Notes under the pieces: generated by a model
What the model was told of the DNA's origin: nothing
What the model saw: the letters and a program-made list of their open reading frames with translations, nothing else
Databases searched by the model: none
In this document: positions 1-10,409 of the stretch, one piece after another
Layout: every line of letters begins with the position of its first letter
Numbering within the stretch: position 1 is the first letter of the stretch
DNA from: Pirellulaceae bacterium
Lineage (GTDB): Bacteria; Planctomycetota; Planctomycetia; Pirellulales; Pirellulaceae
NCBI GenBank assembly: GCA_942492215.1
Contig: CALODY010000003.1
Coordinates: 150,110 to 214,109 of the forward strand
Direction of reading: 5' to 3'
Length of the DNA: 64,000 nucleotides
Translations under genes and position numbers: made by a program

Positions 1-8
1 CGACACAT

Positions 9-323
9 TTGGCCGGCAATTTGTATTTCTTTGAACGCCGCCTTGGGATTGTTCACTGTGTCGATGCAGATACCGGACGGATCGAATACAAAAAGCGAGT
101 ACCTGGTGGACGCGAATTCTGGGCTTCTCCCTGGACTGACGCAAAGTATTTGTTCGCGATGGACTCGAATGGCAATACTCACGTGATCGCGGCGGGTGAT
201 GAGTTCAAAGTTGTGAACGTCAACAAATTGGAACAACATGCATGGGGAACGCCGGCGGTCGCCGGCGGACGGATCTATCTTCGAACGGCGAAACACCTGT
301 ACTGTATCGCGGACGATGATTAG
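9..323 (+). CDS. PQQ-like beta-propeller protein, C-terminal part (gene likely starts before the window)
   Basis: FWASP...WGTPAVAGGRIYLRT ending typical of planctomycete BamB-like propeller proteins. Confidence 0.8.
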   Translation: MAGNLYFFERRLGIVHCVDADTGRIEYKKRVPGGREFWASPWTDAKYLFAMDSNGNTHVIAAGDEFKVVNVNKLEQHAWGTPAVAGGRIYLRTAKHLYCIADDD

Positions 324-414
324 ACCTAAGGACGATCCTGTTTCCACCAAGTAAAGCTGGCACGCGACTGGGATCAGGGCGCTAGGACCACATCACTTAA
401 AGGGGCTTCTTTAC

Positions 415-1635
415 ATGACAAGGCTTATCAAAGCACTCGCTATTTTCGCATTATTGACAGCGAATTTTCCCAATACATCGATGCTGTTGGCCCAAGAATC
501 GACCTGGAATCAATGGCGTGGGCCGCAGCGTGATGGTGTTTGGCCTGGGGAGCTGCCGACAAGCCTTTCAGATTTAAAGCTGGCTTGGGAGAAGCCGCTG
601 CAACCGTCTTACAGCGGACCTGTAACTGACGGCAAGACCGTATACATAACCGAAACGGTCGACGAATCGTTCGAGCGCATGACTGCTTTCGATTTGCAAA
701 CCGGTGAAGTGAAGTGGAGGACCCAGTGGGAGGGTGCGATCAAGGTGCCAGGTTACGCGATGGCCAACGGCTCGTGGATCAAATCAACTCCAGCACTCGC
801 GGAGGAATCACTCGTTATTTTGGGAATGCGTGATGAGGTCATTTGTCTGGATCCTGCGACGGGAAAAATCCGTTGGCAGGTCGATCTTGCGGAGCGTTTT
901 GGTGCTCGTCGTCCTCCATTTGGAGGCGTTTGTTCACCATTGATCGACAACGGGTCGGTCTATGTGATGGGTGGTGGTGCGACGGTCAAGTTGTCGCTGG
1001 CGGACGGCAGCACGATTTGGAAAACGCTTGATGACGAGGGCGAAGATGACGACGCATGCAGCAGTCCAGTGATCGCGACCATTGCTGGCAAACGTCAGCT
1101 GGTCGTGCAAACGCGAACCCGTCTCTGTGGCGTTGATTTGAGTGATGGATCATTGTTGTGGTCCAACGCTATCGAAGCCTATCGCAACATGAACATATTG
1201 ACTCCAACGGTGTTGGGTGATCGCATCTACACTGCCGCTCAACGCGGACGCTCGCATTTCTTCAAAGTCAGCTTTACAAATGGTCAATGGAAGTCGGAGG
1301 AATTGTGGACTCAAAAGACACAGGCGTACATGTCATCTCCCGTTGCTAACGATGAAACCATTTTCGTGCATTCCAGCAATGAGCGGTTAACCGCGCTAGA
1401 CGTTGCAACGGGCAACATTCTTTGGACGGGCAAGCCAATGGGCAAGTATCAAAGCCTGGTTCGGGATGAGAAGACGATGCTGGTTTTGAATAACGAGGGC
1501 GAGTTACTGGTTGTCAAATTGGACCGGGATCAATTGTCGATTTTGGATCGGCAAAAATTGGCCAATGATTCATGGGCTTATCTCGGTGTTTACGAGGGAG
1601 GCATTTTGGTCCGTGACTTGAACGCGAAGGTATAA
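415..1635 (+). CDS. PQQ-like beta-propeller (BamB-like) secreted protein
   Basis: Signal peptide, WNQWRGPQRDG N-terminal motif, repeated SSP and D..TG...W blades. Confidence 0.85.
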   Translation: MTRLIKALAIFALLTANFPNTSMLLAQESTWNQWRGPQRDGVWPGELPTSLSDLKLAWEKPLQPSYSGPVTDGKTVYITETVDESFERMTAFDLQTGEVKWRTQWEGAIKVPGYAMANGSWIKSTPALAEESLVILGMRDEVICLDPATGKIRWQVDLAERFGARRPPFGGVCSPLIDNGSVYVMGGGATVKLSLADGSTIWKTLDDEGEDDDACSSPVIATIAGKRQLVVQTRTRLCGVDLSDGSLLWSNAIEAYRNMNILTPTVLGDRIYTAAQRGRSHFFKVSFTNGQWKSEELWTQKTQAYMSSPVANDETIFVHSSNERLTALDVATGNILWTGKPMGKYQSLVRDEKTMLVLNNEGELLVVKLDRDQLSILDRQKLANDSWAYLGVYEGGILVRDLNAKV

Positions 1636-1869
1636 GAGATGACAGCGGAGGGCCGGGGGGGTCAAAAAACTTAAGGTTCACGCCCGAGGCCCGGGGTAAA
1701 GCAATTCGCGTGCCGGAGCAAGCCAAGGGACGGACTTGGCGTACCGAGACAAACCACGAGCCTTGCTAGGGACCATGAGCTCTGCTGGGGACAGCCAACA
1801 CGGTCATTTGTTGCTCGCTGCACAAAACGGTTGACTTTCGTGGAGCCTTGCTGGTCGCGCTGATCTCGG

Positions 1870-2346
1870 ATGACTCGGGCTAATTCACCGTCCGGGCAAG
1901 GAAGTGCATGTCTGGACCTGGCTGCCGAGGTTCTGGACAAAACCGACTGCCTGGTACTCGATGTGCAGCTTCCCGGAAAAAGCAGGTTGGAACTTCAGGC
2001 AGAATCGATCAAGGCAAAGAAGACCTGTCCAACCGTGTTCATCTCTTCTTTCCAGGATGAGTCGATCCGCACCCGGGCGATAGAAAACGGAGCCAACGAT
2101 TTTCTCGGTAAACCACTGAACATTGACCGACTGTTGGAAATAGTGGATGCGGCAATTTCGAATTCAAATTCAAATTCGACCGCTTGGGCGCTGGTCAAAA
2201 CGACAGGAAAATTTGACGACAGGAAAATTAAGTTTGCGATCTATTATCTTCCTGTCGCAAAATTTTCCTGTCGATCCCTACCGTCGGCGTCCGGAATCCA
2301 AGTCAATAGCCAGTCATCAGCAGCCTCCACATTCACAACGTCCTGA
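1870..2346 (+). pseudogene. Truncated FixJ-like response regulator receiver domain
   Basis: DCLVLDVQLPG...GANDFLGKP receiver motifs; N-terminus missing; ORF tail reads through the hairpin repeat. Confidence 0.6.
2201..2273. repeat. Palindromic CGACAGGAA-based hairpin element downstream of the GxxExxY gene
   Basis: Arms cgacaggaaaatttgacgacaggaa (2201-2225) and ttcctgtcgcaaaattttcctgtcg (2249-2273) are 23/25 complementary; same element recurs at 3137, 3304 and 3471. Confidence 0.9.
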
Positions 2347-3123
2347 TCGTGGTCAAGTTGACGCGGTGATGGTAGATATTGACCCATTGCAGTTGCTTCA
2401 AAGAACTGGCCGTAACTAATTTTTCAAACTCGCTTTTGTTTGCAGTCGAAGGATTCGAATACGTCGTAACCCCGAGTGCTGTGTCGGACGACAGCAGGTG
2501 AAATCGTTGATGGCCAATGAACTGCCCTCCGCAACCATCGGTAAAAGTTGCTCGCTTTCAGCAACGCCGCCTGTGCAACTGAGAATCGCTCGACGGTACA
2601 GCGACGCATTCAATCCCGTCCCCCATTCTTCGACCAATTCGCGAACCAAAGTCGATAGAAACTCATCTCCGGTATAGCCAAGCTCATCGAACCGAAACAT
2701 CTGCCTTTCTAAAGTATCAAAAGTCGTATTCACGAATCGCGATTCAACTGACATGTTCCGGAAATTAACGAGCTTTCCGCGAGTGGAATTGGTCAAATAC
2801 AAGTACTCAAGAAGTTGCCCTTCGTGCGATGTCAAAAGCTCAGAAACTGCCTTCAATTCATAAATTGCTTTTCTTGCAAAGACTAAGTCGAGTGCACGGC
2901 CAATTGAAAACCCCCGAAACGATAGCGTGATTGGGACTTCGGTCGACACCTCGAACTCGGAAATTCGTAAGCGTCTCAAAAGTTCGCGTTGATAGACGGA
3001 CTCATCGCATAGCCGACCCAATTCGTTGTGAGTGTCAAACGCGTGACCCATCACAACGTAATCAATTGACCTCATCTCAGCTTCGCTCAGTCGCGGTAAT
3101 TCAATCTCGCAATGGATGGGCAT
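2333..3123 (-). pseudogene. GxxExxY protein (PD-(D/E)XK nuclease family), frameshifted near 2520
   Basis: HNELGRLCDESVYQ, LDLV...YELKA and GKLVNF motifs; ATG at 3123; shifted frame continues IGHQRFHLL...LQWVNIYHHRVNLTTIRTL to TGA at 2333. Confidence 0.8.
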
Positions 3124-3124
3124 C

Positions 3125-3609
3125 CGTAACTTGATCCGACAGGAAAATTTGACGACAGGAATATTGCTATCGCATTTTTTATTTTCCTGTCGCAAAATCT
3201 TCCTGTCGATCCCCACCGTCTGCTTCCCGCAAACCGGGTGAATTGCCTCGTCCTATCTTCGCTCAATGGAGGCAAAGATTGGATGGACGTTCGTAACTTG
3301 ATCCGACAGGAAAATTTGACGACAGGAATATTACTATCGGATTTTTCATTTTCCTGTCGCAAAATCTTCCTGTCGATCCCCACCGTCTGCTTCCCGCAAA
3401 CCGGGTGAATTGCCTCGTCCTATGTTCGCTCAATGGAGGCAAAGATTGGATGGACGTTCGTAACTTGATCCGACAGGAAAATTTGACGACAGGAATATTA
3501 CTATCGGATTTTTTATTTTCCTGTCGTAAAATCTTCCTGTCGATCCCCACCGTCTGCTTCCCGCAAACCGGGTGAATTGCCTCGTCCTATCTTCGCTCAA
3601 TGGAGGCAA
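3125..3609. repeat. Tandem repeat, 167-bp unit, about 2.9 copies, each holding the palindromic hairpin
   Basis: cgtaacttgatccgacaggaaaatttgacgacagg recurs at 3125, 3292 and 3459 with near-identical intervening sequence. Confidence 0.95.
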
Positions 3610-3728
3610 CGATGAACCAAAGACGCGTGCCAATGGCTCTTGCAGCAAAATGTTTGCAAGTCAGGGGTGGCACCATTAAATTGAGCTCCGCTACCCCGTC
3701 CGAATCCTATTCGAATGATTAATGCCTT

Positions 3729-6005
3729 ATGAGCCAGCCTATCCGTCAGTTACTCACTGCTGTCTGTGTTTTCGTCTCACTGCTGATGTGTAACGCAGAG
3801 GCGTCAGCCGCGACAGATGAATTGTCCGATCTTCAAATCGAGAAGTTAACGGCTTTCGCGCGGACGTACGGGTATGTTCGTTTCTTCCACCCCAGTGATC
3901 AAGCCAGTTTACTCGACTGGAATCAGATGGCGGTCTTCGGCGCGAATGAGGTTCTCAACTCGCCGGAGAGTGAGTCGACAGATCAGGTACTTACCCGGAT
4001 TTTCGGACCCGTCGTTGTCGACCTGGAGTTTTACAGAGGGGATCAGAAAGCGCGTCCCGAAACAAAGAAAGTTTCTGCTCGAAAAATCCTGGCCTGGCAA
4101 CACGCTGGCGTCGGAATCGGTCGAATCGGACTCTACCGCAGCGCTCGCACCAATCGAAACACGACCGAACCGGTTGGCAATATCTCGCCGTTCGCCAACG
4201 TATTGCAAGCGATGGATGCCAATGGCATTCGGGGTAAACAAGTTCGTTTTCGGTTCCAGGCAAAAGTCGACACGAGTTGTCGGTTGCAAGGTTGGTTTCG
4301 TGTGGACCGCGAATCCAGAGAAAACGGCCTGTTCGACAATATGAATGACCGTCCGATCACCAGCACCGAATGGGATGAGTACCAACTGTCCGGGACCGTC
4401 GATGACGATGCCCAACGTATCACATTCGGAGTCATGATGTTCGGCGAAGGTAGCGGGCTGATTGACGACGCGAAGCTGGAGGTAAAAGAGGGCGATAACT
4501 GGACCGAACTCGACATCCGCAACGCTGACTTCGAGCAAGGAGAGGATATACCACAGGGCTGGATTGGCACTGCCAAAGGCTATGATTATCTCGCGGAGAA
4601 CCAGGACGTTGCGCAGGGCGATCAAGCAATGCGAATGTCCTTGCAGACCCGCACGCGTCCGGCACGGTCGGGGTTTCTTTCCATCTTGCCGGAACTTGGC
4701 GAAGTCATCGACGCTGAGATTTGCGATGGTCTTCGCGTGCGATTGCCACTGACTCTTCCGGCTGATACTCGCTTCAAAAAAGGAGACGATGACAAGGTTG
4801 ATTCCTTTGTAAACAAAGTCGCCAAATACGGCTCGCAACAACACGATGTCATTGCCACCGCCAACATTGCAATCACCTGGAGTCTATTTCAACACCCACA
4901 TTTCTATCCCTACTTTGATCAGATTGAAACGGACTGGGATGCCGTACTCGTTTCCAGTATGAAAATGGCCGCCGTTGCGAAGGATCGCAACACCGCTACT
5001 CGCAGTCTCAGGTGGCTGGTCGCTCAACTGCACGACGGTCACGGGAACGTCGTGGACCCGCTGCAGCTTCGGGGGATGAAGTTTTTGCCGCTCAGCGTTG
5101 GATGGGTTGAAGATCAACTGGTGGTACTTGCAAGCGATGAAAACGAAATCAAGGTCGGCGACATTGTGACGCGAATTGATGGCGAAGACGCCCGATCGCG
5201 CCTTGAAAAAGACGAGGAACTGATTTCCGGATCTCCACAATGGAAACGGTATCGCTCAACGACAGCTCTCAGCCAGGTTACCAGTGGAGCGGAGAAAGTT
5301 GCGTTACAGCTGAAGAGTGGCGACAAGGAGTGGACGGTAGAGGTTGCCACGATCAAGGGACGCCCACCGGTGCCTGAAAAACGGCCTGTCATTGATACGA
5401 TTATCGAAGGCGACGAGGATGGCACCGACGCAATCTACTACGTCGATTTAGGCCGAGCGGAACCAAAAGATGTCGATCCCATGATCGAAGAGTTCGCAAA
5501 TGCAAAAGGCATTGTCTTTGATATGCGTGGTTACCCTCGCGGGACCCAATACCTTTTTCAGCATATGACCGATACCCACATGACGTCGGCAAAATGGCTG
5601 GTCTCGGAACAGGTACGACCCGATCGAGTCGACATGGCAAATTTTGGCAGCCGTCCCCGTTGGCAGATGCCGCCGCGAAAGCCTCGATTTAAGGGCAAAT
5701 TCGTTTTCATCACCAATGGCTCGGCGATAAGTTACGCGGAAAGCTGCATGGCCATCGTCGCCCACTACAAGCTCGCGGAAATTATCGGTTCACCGACGGC
5801 CGAGGCCAATGGCAATATCAACCCATTTGAGTTACCTGGAGGCTATCGCGTCATTTATACAGGGATGCGAGTCGTCAATCACGACGATTCGCAACATCAT
5901 GTTGTCGGTGTAAAGCCAACGATCCTCGTCGAACCGACCATTGAAGGAATTCGTAAAGGGAAAGATGAACTTTTGGCCAAGGCAGTCAAACTGCTCAAGG
6001 AATGA
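3729..6005 (+). CDS. S41 family peptidase with carbohydrate-binding-like insert and PDZ region
   Basis: YGYVRFFHPSD, LHDGHG, IVFDMRGYP, SAISYAES, GVKPTILVEPT motifs; signal peptide. Confidence 0.85.
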   Translation: MSQPIRQLLTAVCVFVSLLMCNAEASAATDELSDLQIEKLTAFARTYGYVRFFHPSDQASLLDWNQMAVFGANEVLNSPESESTDQVLTRIFGPVVVDLEFYRGDQKARPETKKVSARKILAWQHAGVGIGRIGLYRSARTNRNTTEPVGNISPFANVLQAMDANGIRGKQVRFRFQAKVDTSCRLQGWFRVDRESRENGLFDNMNDRPITSTEWDEYQLSGTVDDDAQRITFGVMMFGEGSGLIDDAKLEVKEGDNWTELDIRNADFEQGEDIPQGWIGTAKGYDYLAENQDVAQGDQAMRMSLQTRTRPARSGFLSILPELGEVIDAEICDGLRVRLPLTLPADTRFKKGDDDKVDSFVNKVAKYGSQQHDVIATANIAITWSLFQHPHFYPYFDQIETDWDAVLVSSMKMAAVAKDRNTATRSLRWLVAQLHDGHGNVVDPLQLRGMKFLPLSVGWVEDQLVVLASDENEIKVGDIVTRIDGEDARSRLEKDEELISGSPQWKRYRSTTALSQVTSGAEKVALQLKSGDKEWTVEVATIKGRPPVPEKRPVIDTIIEGDEDGTDAIYYVDLGRAEPKDVDPMIEEFANAKGIVFDMRGYPRGTQYLFQHMTDTHMTSAKWLVSEQVRPDRVDMANFGSRPRWQMPPRKPRFKGKFVFITNGSAISYAESCMAIVAHYKLAEIIGSPTAEANGNINPFELPGGYRVIYTGMRVVNHDDSQHHVVGVKPTILVEPTIEGIRKGKDELLAKAVKLLKE

Positions 6006-6218
6006 TTGCTCCAAAACGTTCGAAATCTGGCTGGGTGAAGAGGTTGATACGAAGCTAATGCTGTCCTGAATTCGAAATCACTGAATGAGCCCAATATCGT
6101 CTCCGAACCGCTGATCAAGCTGTTTGGTGGCTTGTGCGTGGCGGAAGCTGGCAAACCAGCCGTCCATTTTTCAAATTGAAAGACGCTGGCAATATCAGTT
6201 TTCCAGACCCGACGCCAA

Positions 6219-9041
6219 TCAGCAAAGAGCGCCTTTTGGCTGACCGTTTCTCTCGCGGTACAGGCTCCGGTCGATGGTGTCCGCCATCGCTCTGGTATCC
6301 AGCCGATCATCTCCCAAGAACGCGACCACCTGTTTTGCCACCTGTTCGGGATATTCCAGTGCGTGTTGGTAGTGGACGTTTAGCCATTGGACGTTTGGCA
6401 ACCGATTGGTGGCCGTCAGAGCTTCCCGCAAATGCCTTTGCTGCGTTGCTTTCATCGTGACTTCGTCCAGGTTGGCTCCTCGTCGACCCAGGCGAGACAA
6501 CATGTTTTGTTGCGAAGCGACCACTTCGTCCAGATCGCGTTGCATCAGGATGATGCGATACCGGTGTTCGGGTTTCAGATAAGGCAACAATGGAGCAATG
6601 ATTTTTACAACCCTCCCGCTGGCATCTTCCAGCCAGACAGGAGATTGATGGTGCATTGATTTGACAGGTTCAAATTCCAGATACCCTCGCTGGTTGTTTT
6701 GGTCGGCCTGCCGAATATGGTCGGTCAAAATCTTTACCCCGCCAGCCTTCAACATTTGCATCATCATGGACGTACCCGATCGAGGCAGTCCCGAGACGAC
6801 GGTGATCACGTCGCGGTTGTCCCAGTCCACTACGGGCAAAGGTCGTGAAACGGCCGGGCCTTGATTAAGCGCTTGCCCGTCAAGCGAGCGTTCGTCGGGA
6901 TCCCCGCAAGTTGTCTCAAGGCGTTTCGATTTCAGTCTTTGGATTTGACTGAGATGATGGTCTGCCTTGACATGATCATCGAAGAATTGCCGGTGCCAAC
7001 CAGCCAGTCGGCGATGGGCCGCTTTAAATCCTGGGGACTGGGCAACCGCCGTTTCCATTGCCTTTATGGCCAAGTCCATTTGACCAATACGTCTCAGGCA
7101 GATCGCATACAAAAAATGGGCGAAGGGATTGTGGAATACCAGTCCAATGGAGGTGGCGGCATGCTGAGCTGCCAGTTGAGCCTTTCGCCGGGCCAGATAG
7201 ACGCGACACAACCCAAGGTGTCCGTGGGGATTGCTGGGGTCCGATTCGACCAATGACTGGAACGACTGGTGGGCTTTTGTCCAGTCGCGCAACTCCAGAT
7301 GAATCTCCCCCTGCTTAAACAACACTGAAGGCAAATGCGATTGCTGCGCATGAGCTGCGTTGGAGAGTAGCTGCAATGCCTTTTGGTGGTCGCCTTCTGC
7401 GTGGGAAACACAGGCGTTCAAATAACAAATGGCGGGCTGATTTGTTGTGGATTTCGCCCGCAGTCGTTTGATCCGTTGACGGTCCGCGCTGGTAATTTCT
7501 GTCTCTTGCTTAGTTTCCAGCTGTTTTTTTAGTTCGGACAAATCCTGCCGTGCCACTTCGGCAAATCTCCGTTTCCGCTGGATGATCAGATCAATGGTCT
7601 TCCGTGCTTGTGCAACCTGGTTCAATGCCAGATGACAGTTCAGCAACCTCACACCAAATCTTTGCTCCTCGGGCCATCGTTCCCACAAGGACTGAAACAG
7701 CCGAATCGCCTGGTCAAAACGCCGGCCATCGACACAAGCGCGTGCCAGGTTGTACTCCAGTTCCCTGACGGCATCATTGGCGGCCGAGGTTGCGTCTTCA
7801 TCCGATTCATCGATATATCCCAGCTCTACCAGTTGGCGGATGGCCTCATGGGACTCAATCGGATCCAGCTGTTTATTTGCCGGATGCTGGCCGGAATCAC
7901 CTTTGACCGCTTCCCAGCTTCGAATTCTTTCAACGAGCGCCTCGTCGCGAAAACATTGGGTTAGCACCTTTCCGTCCATATCCTTACCAGCAGGCAGCCC
8001 GAATGAATGCAATATCGTTGGTGTGATATCCAGCAGCGAGGCTCCGTAAATCCTCTGATCCTGGTGAACGTTAGGGCCCTTGATCGCAAAAATTCCGAAT
8101 TGCCGGTGCTCGGCAGCCGGACCGGCAGGTTCATTAGGAAGTGCGGCCGGGCGCAGGTGATTGGAATGAAAACCGTGATCTGACATCAGAATTACCGTCG
8201 TGTCCTCGCCCGCCAGTTTCAACAGCGTTCCCAACATCATGTCGTGATATCGGTAAGCACTGTTCACAACATCATGGTAAAGTTCAAAATCACGTTCATT
8301 GATCTGATCCTGACGAGGCGGATGATATTTCATGAATCCATGACAGAAGTGATCAATCGCGTCGTAGTAGACCGCCATGAAATCCCACGGTTCCAACTGC
8401 ATGGTTGCCGTAGCTGCCGCATGGATCGTGGAGCAATCGGACAACATCTTGGCGATCGCAAATAACCTGGGATCATTGGCCTGGTCGATTTCCGCAGCTT
8501 GCGGAACGAACGGCAGCAAATGCTCTGCCTCCAGTTCCAGAGGATGAATCCGATACGGCTTCAATTGTTGAGCCAGTCGCTCTGGATGAACGGATCCCGG
8601 TTTAATCGGCCAGGGTTGGTCCAGCCCGCCATCAGCTTTCTGGAAATGGTTACTGACCATCACACCGCTGATCGGCTCGGCCGGATGCGAAGGCCACCAA
8701 CCAACCACATTGGATTTAAAGCCGTTTTGCTGCAGGATGTTCCAGATGGCCTTAGTGTTGCGGGAAAGGTTGGTAATGGGACGAATGCCGCCATTTTGCG
8801 GATCGGGTTCCACGAATCCGCAAATACCGTGTTTGTACGGCCGCTTGCCAGTAGCGATTGACGTCCACAGTATGGGCGACAAAACCGGTTGCAATGTGGC
8901 AAGGTTTCCAATCACTCCCTGATCAACAAACGCTGCCAGGTTGGGCATTTGTCCCGAATCCAGCAACGGATTGATGACGTTCCAGTCAGCAGCATCCCAG
9001 CCGATCAAAAGAACTTTTTTTTGTTGTGAAGTCTGCATCAA
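6219..9041 (-). CDS. Alkaline phosphatase/phosphodiesterase-superfamily domain + TPR repeats + sulfotransferase domain fusion
   Basis: LIGWDAADW, SPILWTSIATG, MSDHGF; central TPR-like helices; C-terminal VSGLPRSGTSMMMQML PAPS-binding loop. Confidence 0.85.
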   Translation of the reverse strand: MMQTSQQKKVLLIGWDAADWNVINPLLDSGQMPNLAAFVDQGVIGNLATLQPVLSPILWTSIATGKRPYKHGICGFVEPDPQNGGIRPITNLSRNTKAIWNILQQNGFKSNVVGWWPSHPAEPISGVMVSNHFQKADGGLDQPWPIKPGSVHPERLAQQLKPYRIHPLELEAEHLLPFVPQAAEIDQANDPRLFAIAKMLSDCSTIHAAATATMQLEPWDFMAVYYDAIDHFCHGFMKYHPPRQDQINERDFELYHDVVNSAYRYHDMMLGTLLKLAGEDTTVILMSDHGFHSNHLRPAALPNEPAGPAAEHRQFGIFAIKGPNVHQDQRIYGASLLDITPTILHSFGLPAGKDMDGKVLTQCFRDEALVERIRSWEAVKGDSGQHPANKQLDPIESHEAIRQLVELGYIDESDEDATSAANDAVRELEYNLARACVDGRRFDQAIRLFQSLWERWPEEQRFGVRLLNCHLALNQVAQARKTIDLIIQRKRRFAEVARQDLSELKKQLETKQETEITSADRQRIKRLRAKSTTNQPAICYLNACVSHAEGDHQKALQLLSNAAHAQQSHLPSVLFKQGEIHLELRDWTKAHQSFQSLVESDPSNPHGHLGLCRVYLARRKAQLAAQHAATSIGLVFHNPFAHFLYAICLRRIGQMDLAIKAMETAVAQSPGFKAAHRRLAGWHRQFFDDHVKADHHLSQIQRLKSKRLETTCGDPDERSLDGQALNQGPAVSRPLPVVDWDNRDVITVVSGLPRSGTSMMMQMLKAGGVKILTDHIRQADQNNQRGYLEFEPVKSMHHQSPVWLEDASGRVVKIIAPLLPYLKPEHRYRIILMQRDLDEVVASQQNMLSRLGRRGANLDEVTMKATQQRHLREALTATNRLPNVQWLNVHYQHALEYPEQVAKQVVAFLGDDRLDTRAMADTIDRSLYRERNGQPKGALC

Positions 9042-9208
9042 TCACTCCAGTGTTTTGGTTTTGCTTAATCACTGTCTGCGGAACGCCGACGATCGAATAC
9101 TGGCGGAAGGGCGCGTCTCCGACCGGGCCGAATTGCACTAAGCTGGCAGCGAGGCTGGAGCCTTGCCCTCCCCTAAAGAAATTGCCGCGACCTGAAATTA
9201 AGGAAGAC

Positions 9209-9997
9209 CTAGTCCAGGTTGCGCTTGCGACGTGTTCGCCGCAAACCGGCGGCTCCACAAGCCAATGCCGCCAATCCTCCCAAGTGGCCGGGTTCGGGAA
9301 TGCTTTGTCCAGCCAAAATGCTGCCGCCAGACGTGTCGTTGTAGGCCCATTCGTGAATCGTCACACTGCCATAATCCGGGCTGCTATTGAGAGTCATGCG
9401 AGCCCAGCCGTAGTGAAGGCTTCCCGATGATTCGAAGCGAAAACCGACATATCCTGATTCATCAAGATTGAATCCTTGCATGTCCATTCCAGGATATTGG
9501 TAATACCCGCTTCCAACACTGCCGAAAACTGCATTTCGATCCGATTGGGCACTAGCACCCCATGAATAGCCATTAGCCAGCGAGCCACCGATTCTGAAAC
9601 CGGCGGGCAGGTTTCGAACATCGTCAGAAGAGGATCCGGCCCCAAAATTGATGAATCCACGGCCATTCCTGCCTCCGTTACTGTTCATGTCGATGCTTAT
9701 GTAAAGAAAAGTAGAGCCGTAACTATCTTTTCGAAAGAAAAAGTCATTTGCACCGTCGCCGTCCACATCCCATTCCGTGTCAAGAGTTGATTGTGTCACG
9801 GTAAATTCACTGCCGTTGTAGACGATATCGGCGTCCAGGCTCGTGCCGATTCCAGGTGAAAAATACAGGGCTGCGGCGGCTGCAGTGCCCGCCGCCCACC
9901 TCATGGAACGTGTACCATCAGATTGGTACTCAGTCGTTGACGGTTTGGCACCGCGGGCGCTGCGCAGTTGATGTTTCCGGGTCATTTCGGGCTCCAA
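9209..9997 (-). CDS. PEP-CTERM sorting domain protein
   Basis: N-terminal signal region; C-terminal IPEP + hydrophobic segment + RRTRRKR. Confidence 0.8.
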   Translation of the reverse strand: MEPEMTRKHQLRSARGAKPSTTEYQSDGTRSMRWAAGTAAAAALYFSPGIGTSLDADIVYNGSEFTVTQSTLDTEWDVDGDGANDFFFRKDSYGSTFLYISIDMNSNGGRNGRGFINFGAGSSSDDVRNLPAGFRIGGSLANGYSWGASAQSDRNAVFGSVGSGYYQYPGMDMQGFNLDESGYVGFRFESSGSLHYGWARMTLNSSPDYGSVTIHEWAYNDTSGGSILAGQSIPEPGHLGGLAALACGAAGLRRTRRKRNLD

Positions 9998-10144
9998 ATG
10001 TTGCGATCAAGTGAAAAGAACTCATTGCATAAGCACCTTGATTCATTCCGTCCTGGAACCGGACACCAAAAAACGAAGAATTTTTTTTAAATTGATTGAC
10101 TAAGAATGTGAGAGTGCATTGTCCTAGCGGCAAACGCGTGAGAA

Positions 10145-10166
10145 GTGGAGGCGCGGTGAATCGAAC
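10145..10166 (-). other. Remnant of a tmRNA/tRNA 3' end (possible old att site)
   Basis: Minus strand GTTCGATTCACCGCGCCTCCAC resembles T-loop plus acceptor end of tmRNA; no 5' part present. Confidence 0.45.
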
Positions 10167-10409
10167 GTGGGTCTCGTAGATGATTCGACAACGTTGGATT
10201 GATGGGGACAGAAATGGCGGAAATGGTCAAGTTGCCGATTGGCTGTCCCAACAACCTGAATTGGACGTTTGATGGGACGCCAAAACCGCGTTAAGAAACG
10301 TATGGCTTTTTGAACCGCCGAGTAACAATGGGTCGTATTCTCGTGGCTTCAGAAAAGGTATGAGTTCGGCGCCTCGCGACGAACCATCTTGTCCGTTGTC
10401 GCCAGCGTA

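Noticed and set aside
1650-1720. Phage cos/terminase-like end motif (gggggggtcaaaaaac)
   Set aside because: No terminase or phage genes nearby; resemblance too weak
3125-3609. CRISPR array
   Set aside because: Linkers are near-identical rather than unique spacers, the period is 167 bp, and no cas genes are present
3087-3648. Repeated ORFs MGIDRKILRQEN... as real genes
   Set aside because: They are translations of the palindromic tandem repeat; the GxxExxY start is better placed at 3123
3909-4844. Long antisense ORFs (also 11799-12599, 21228-21956, 51130-52149)
   Set aside because: Shadows of well-supported genes on the opposite strand with no motifs of their own
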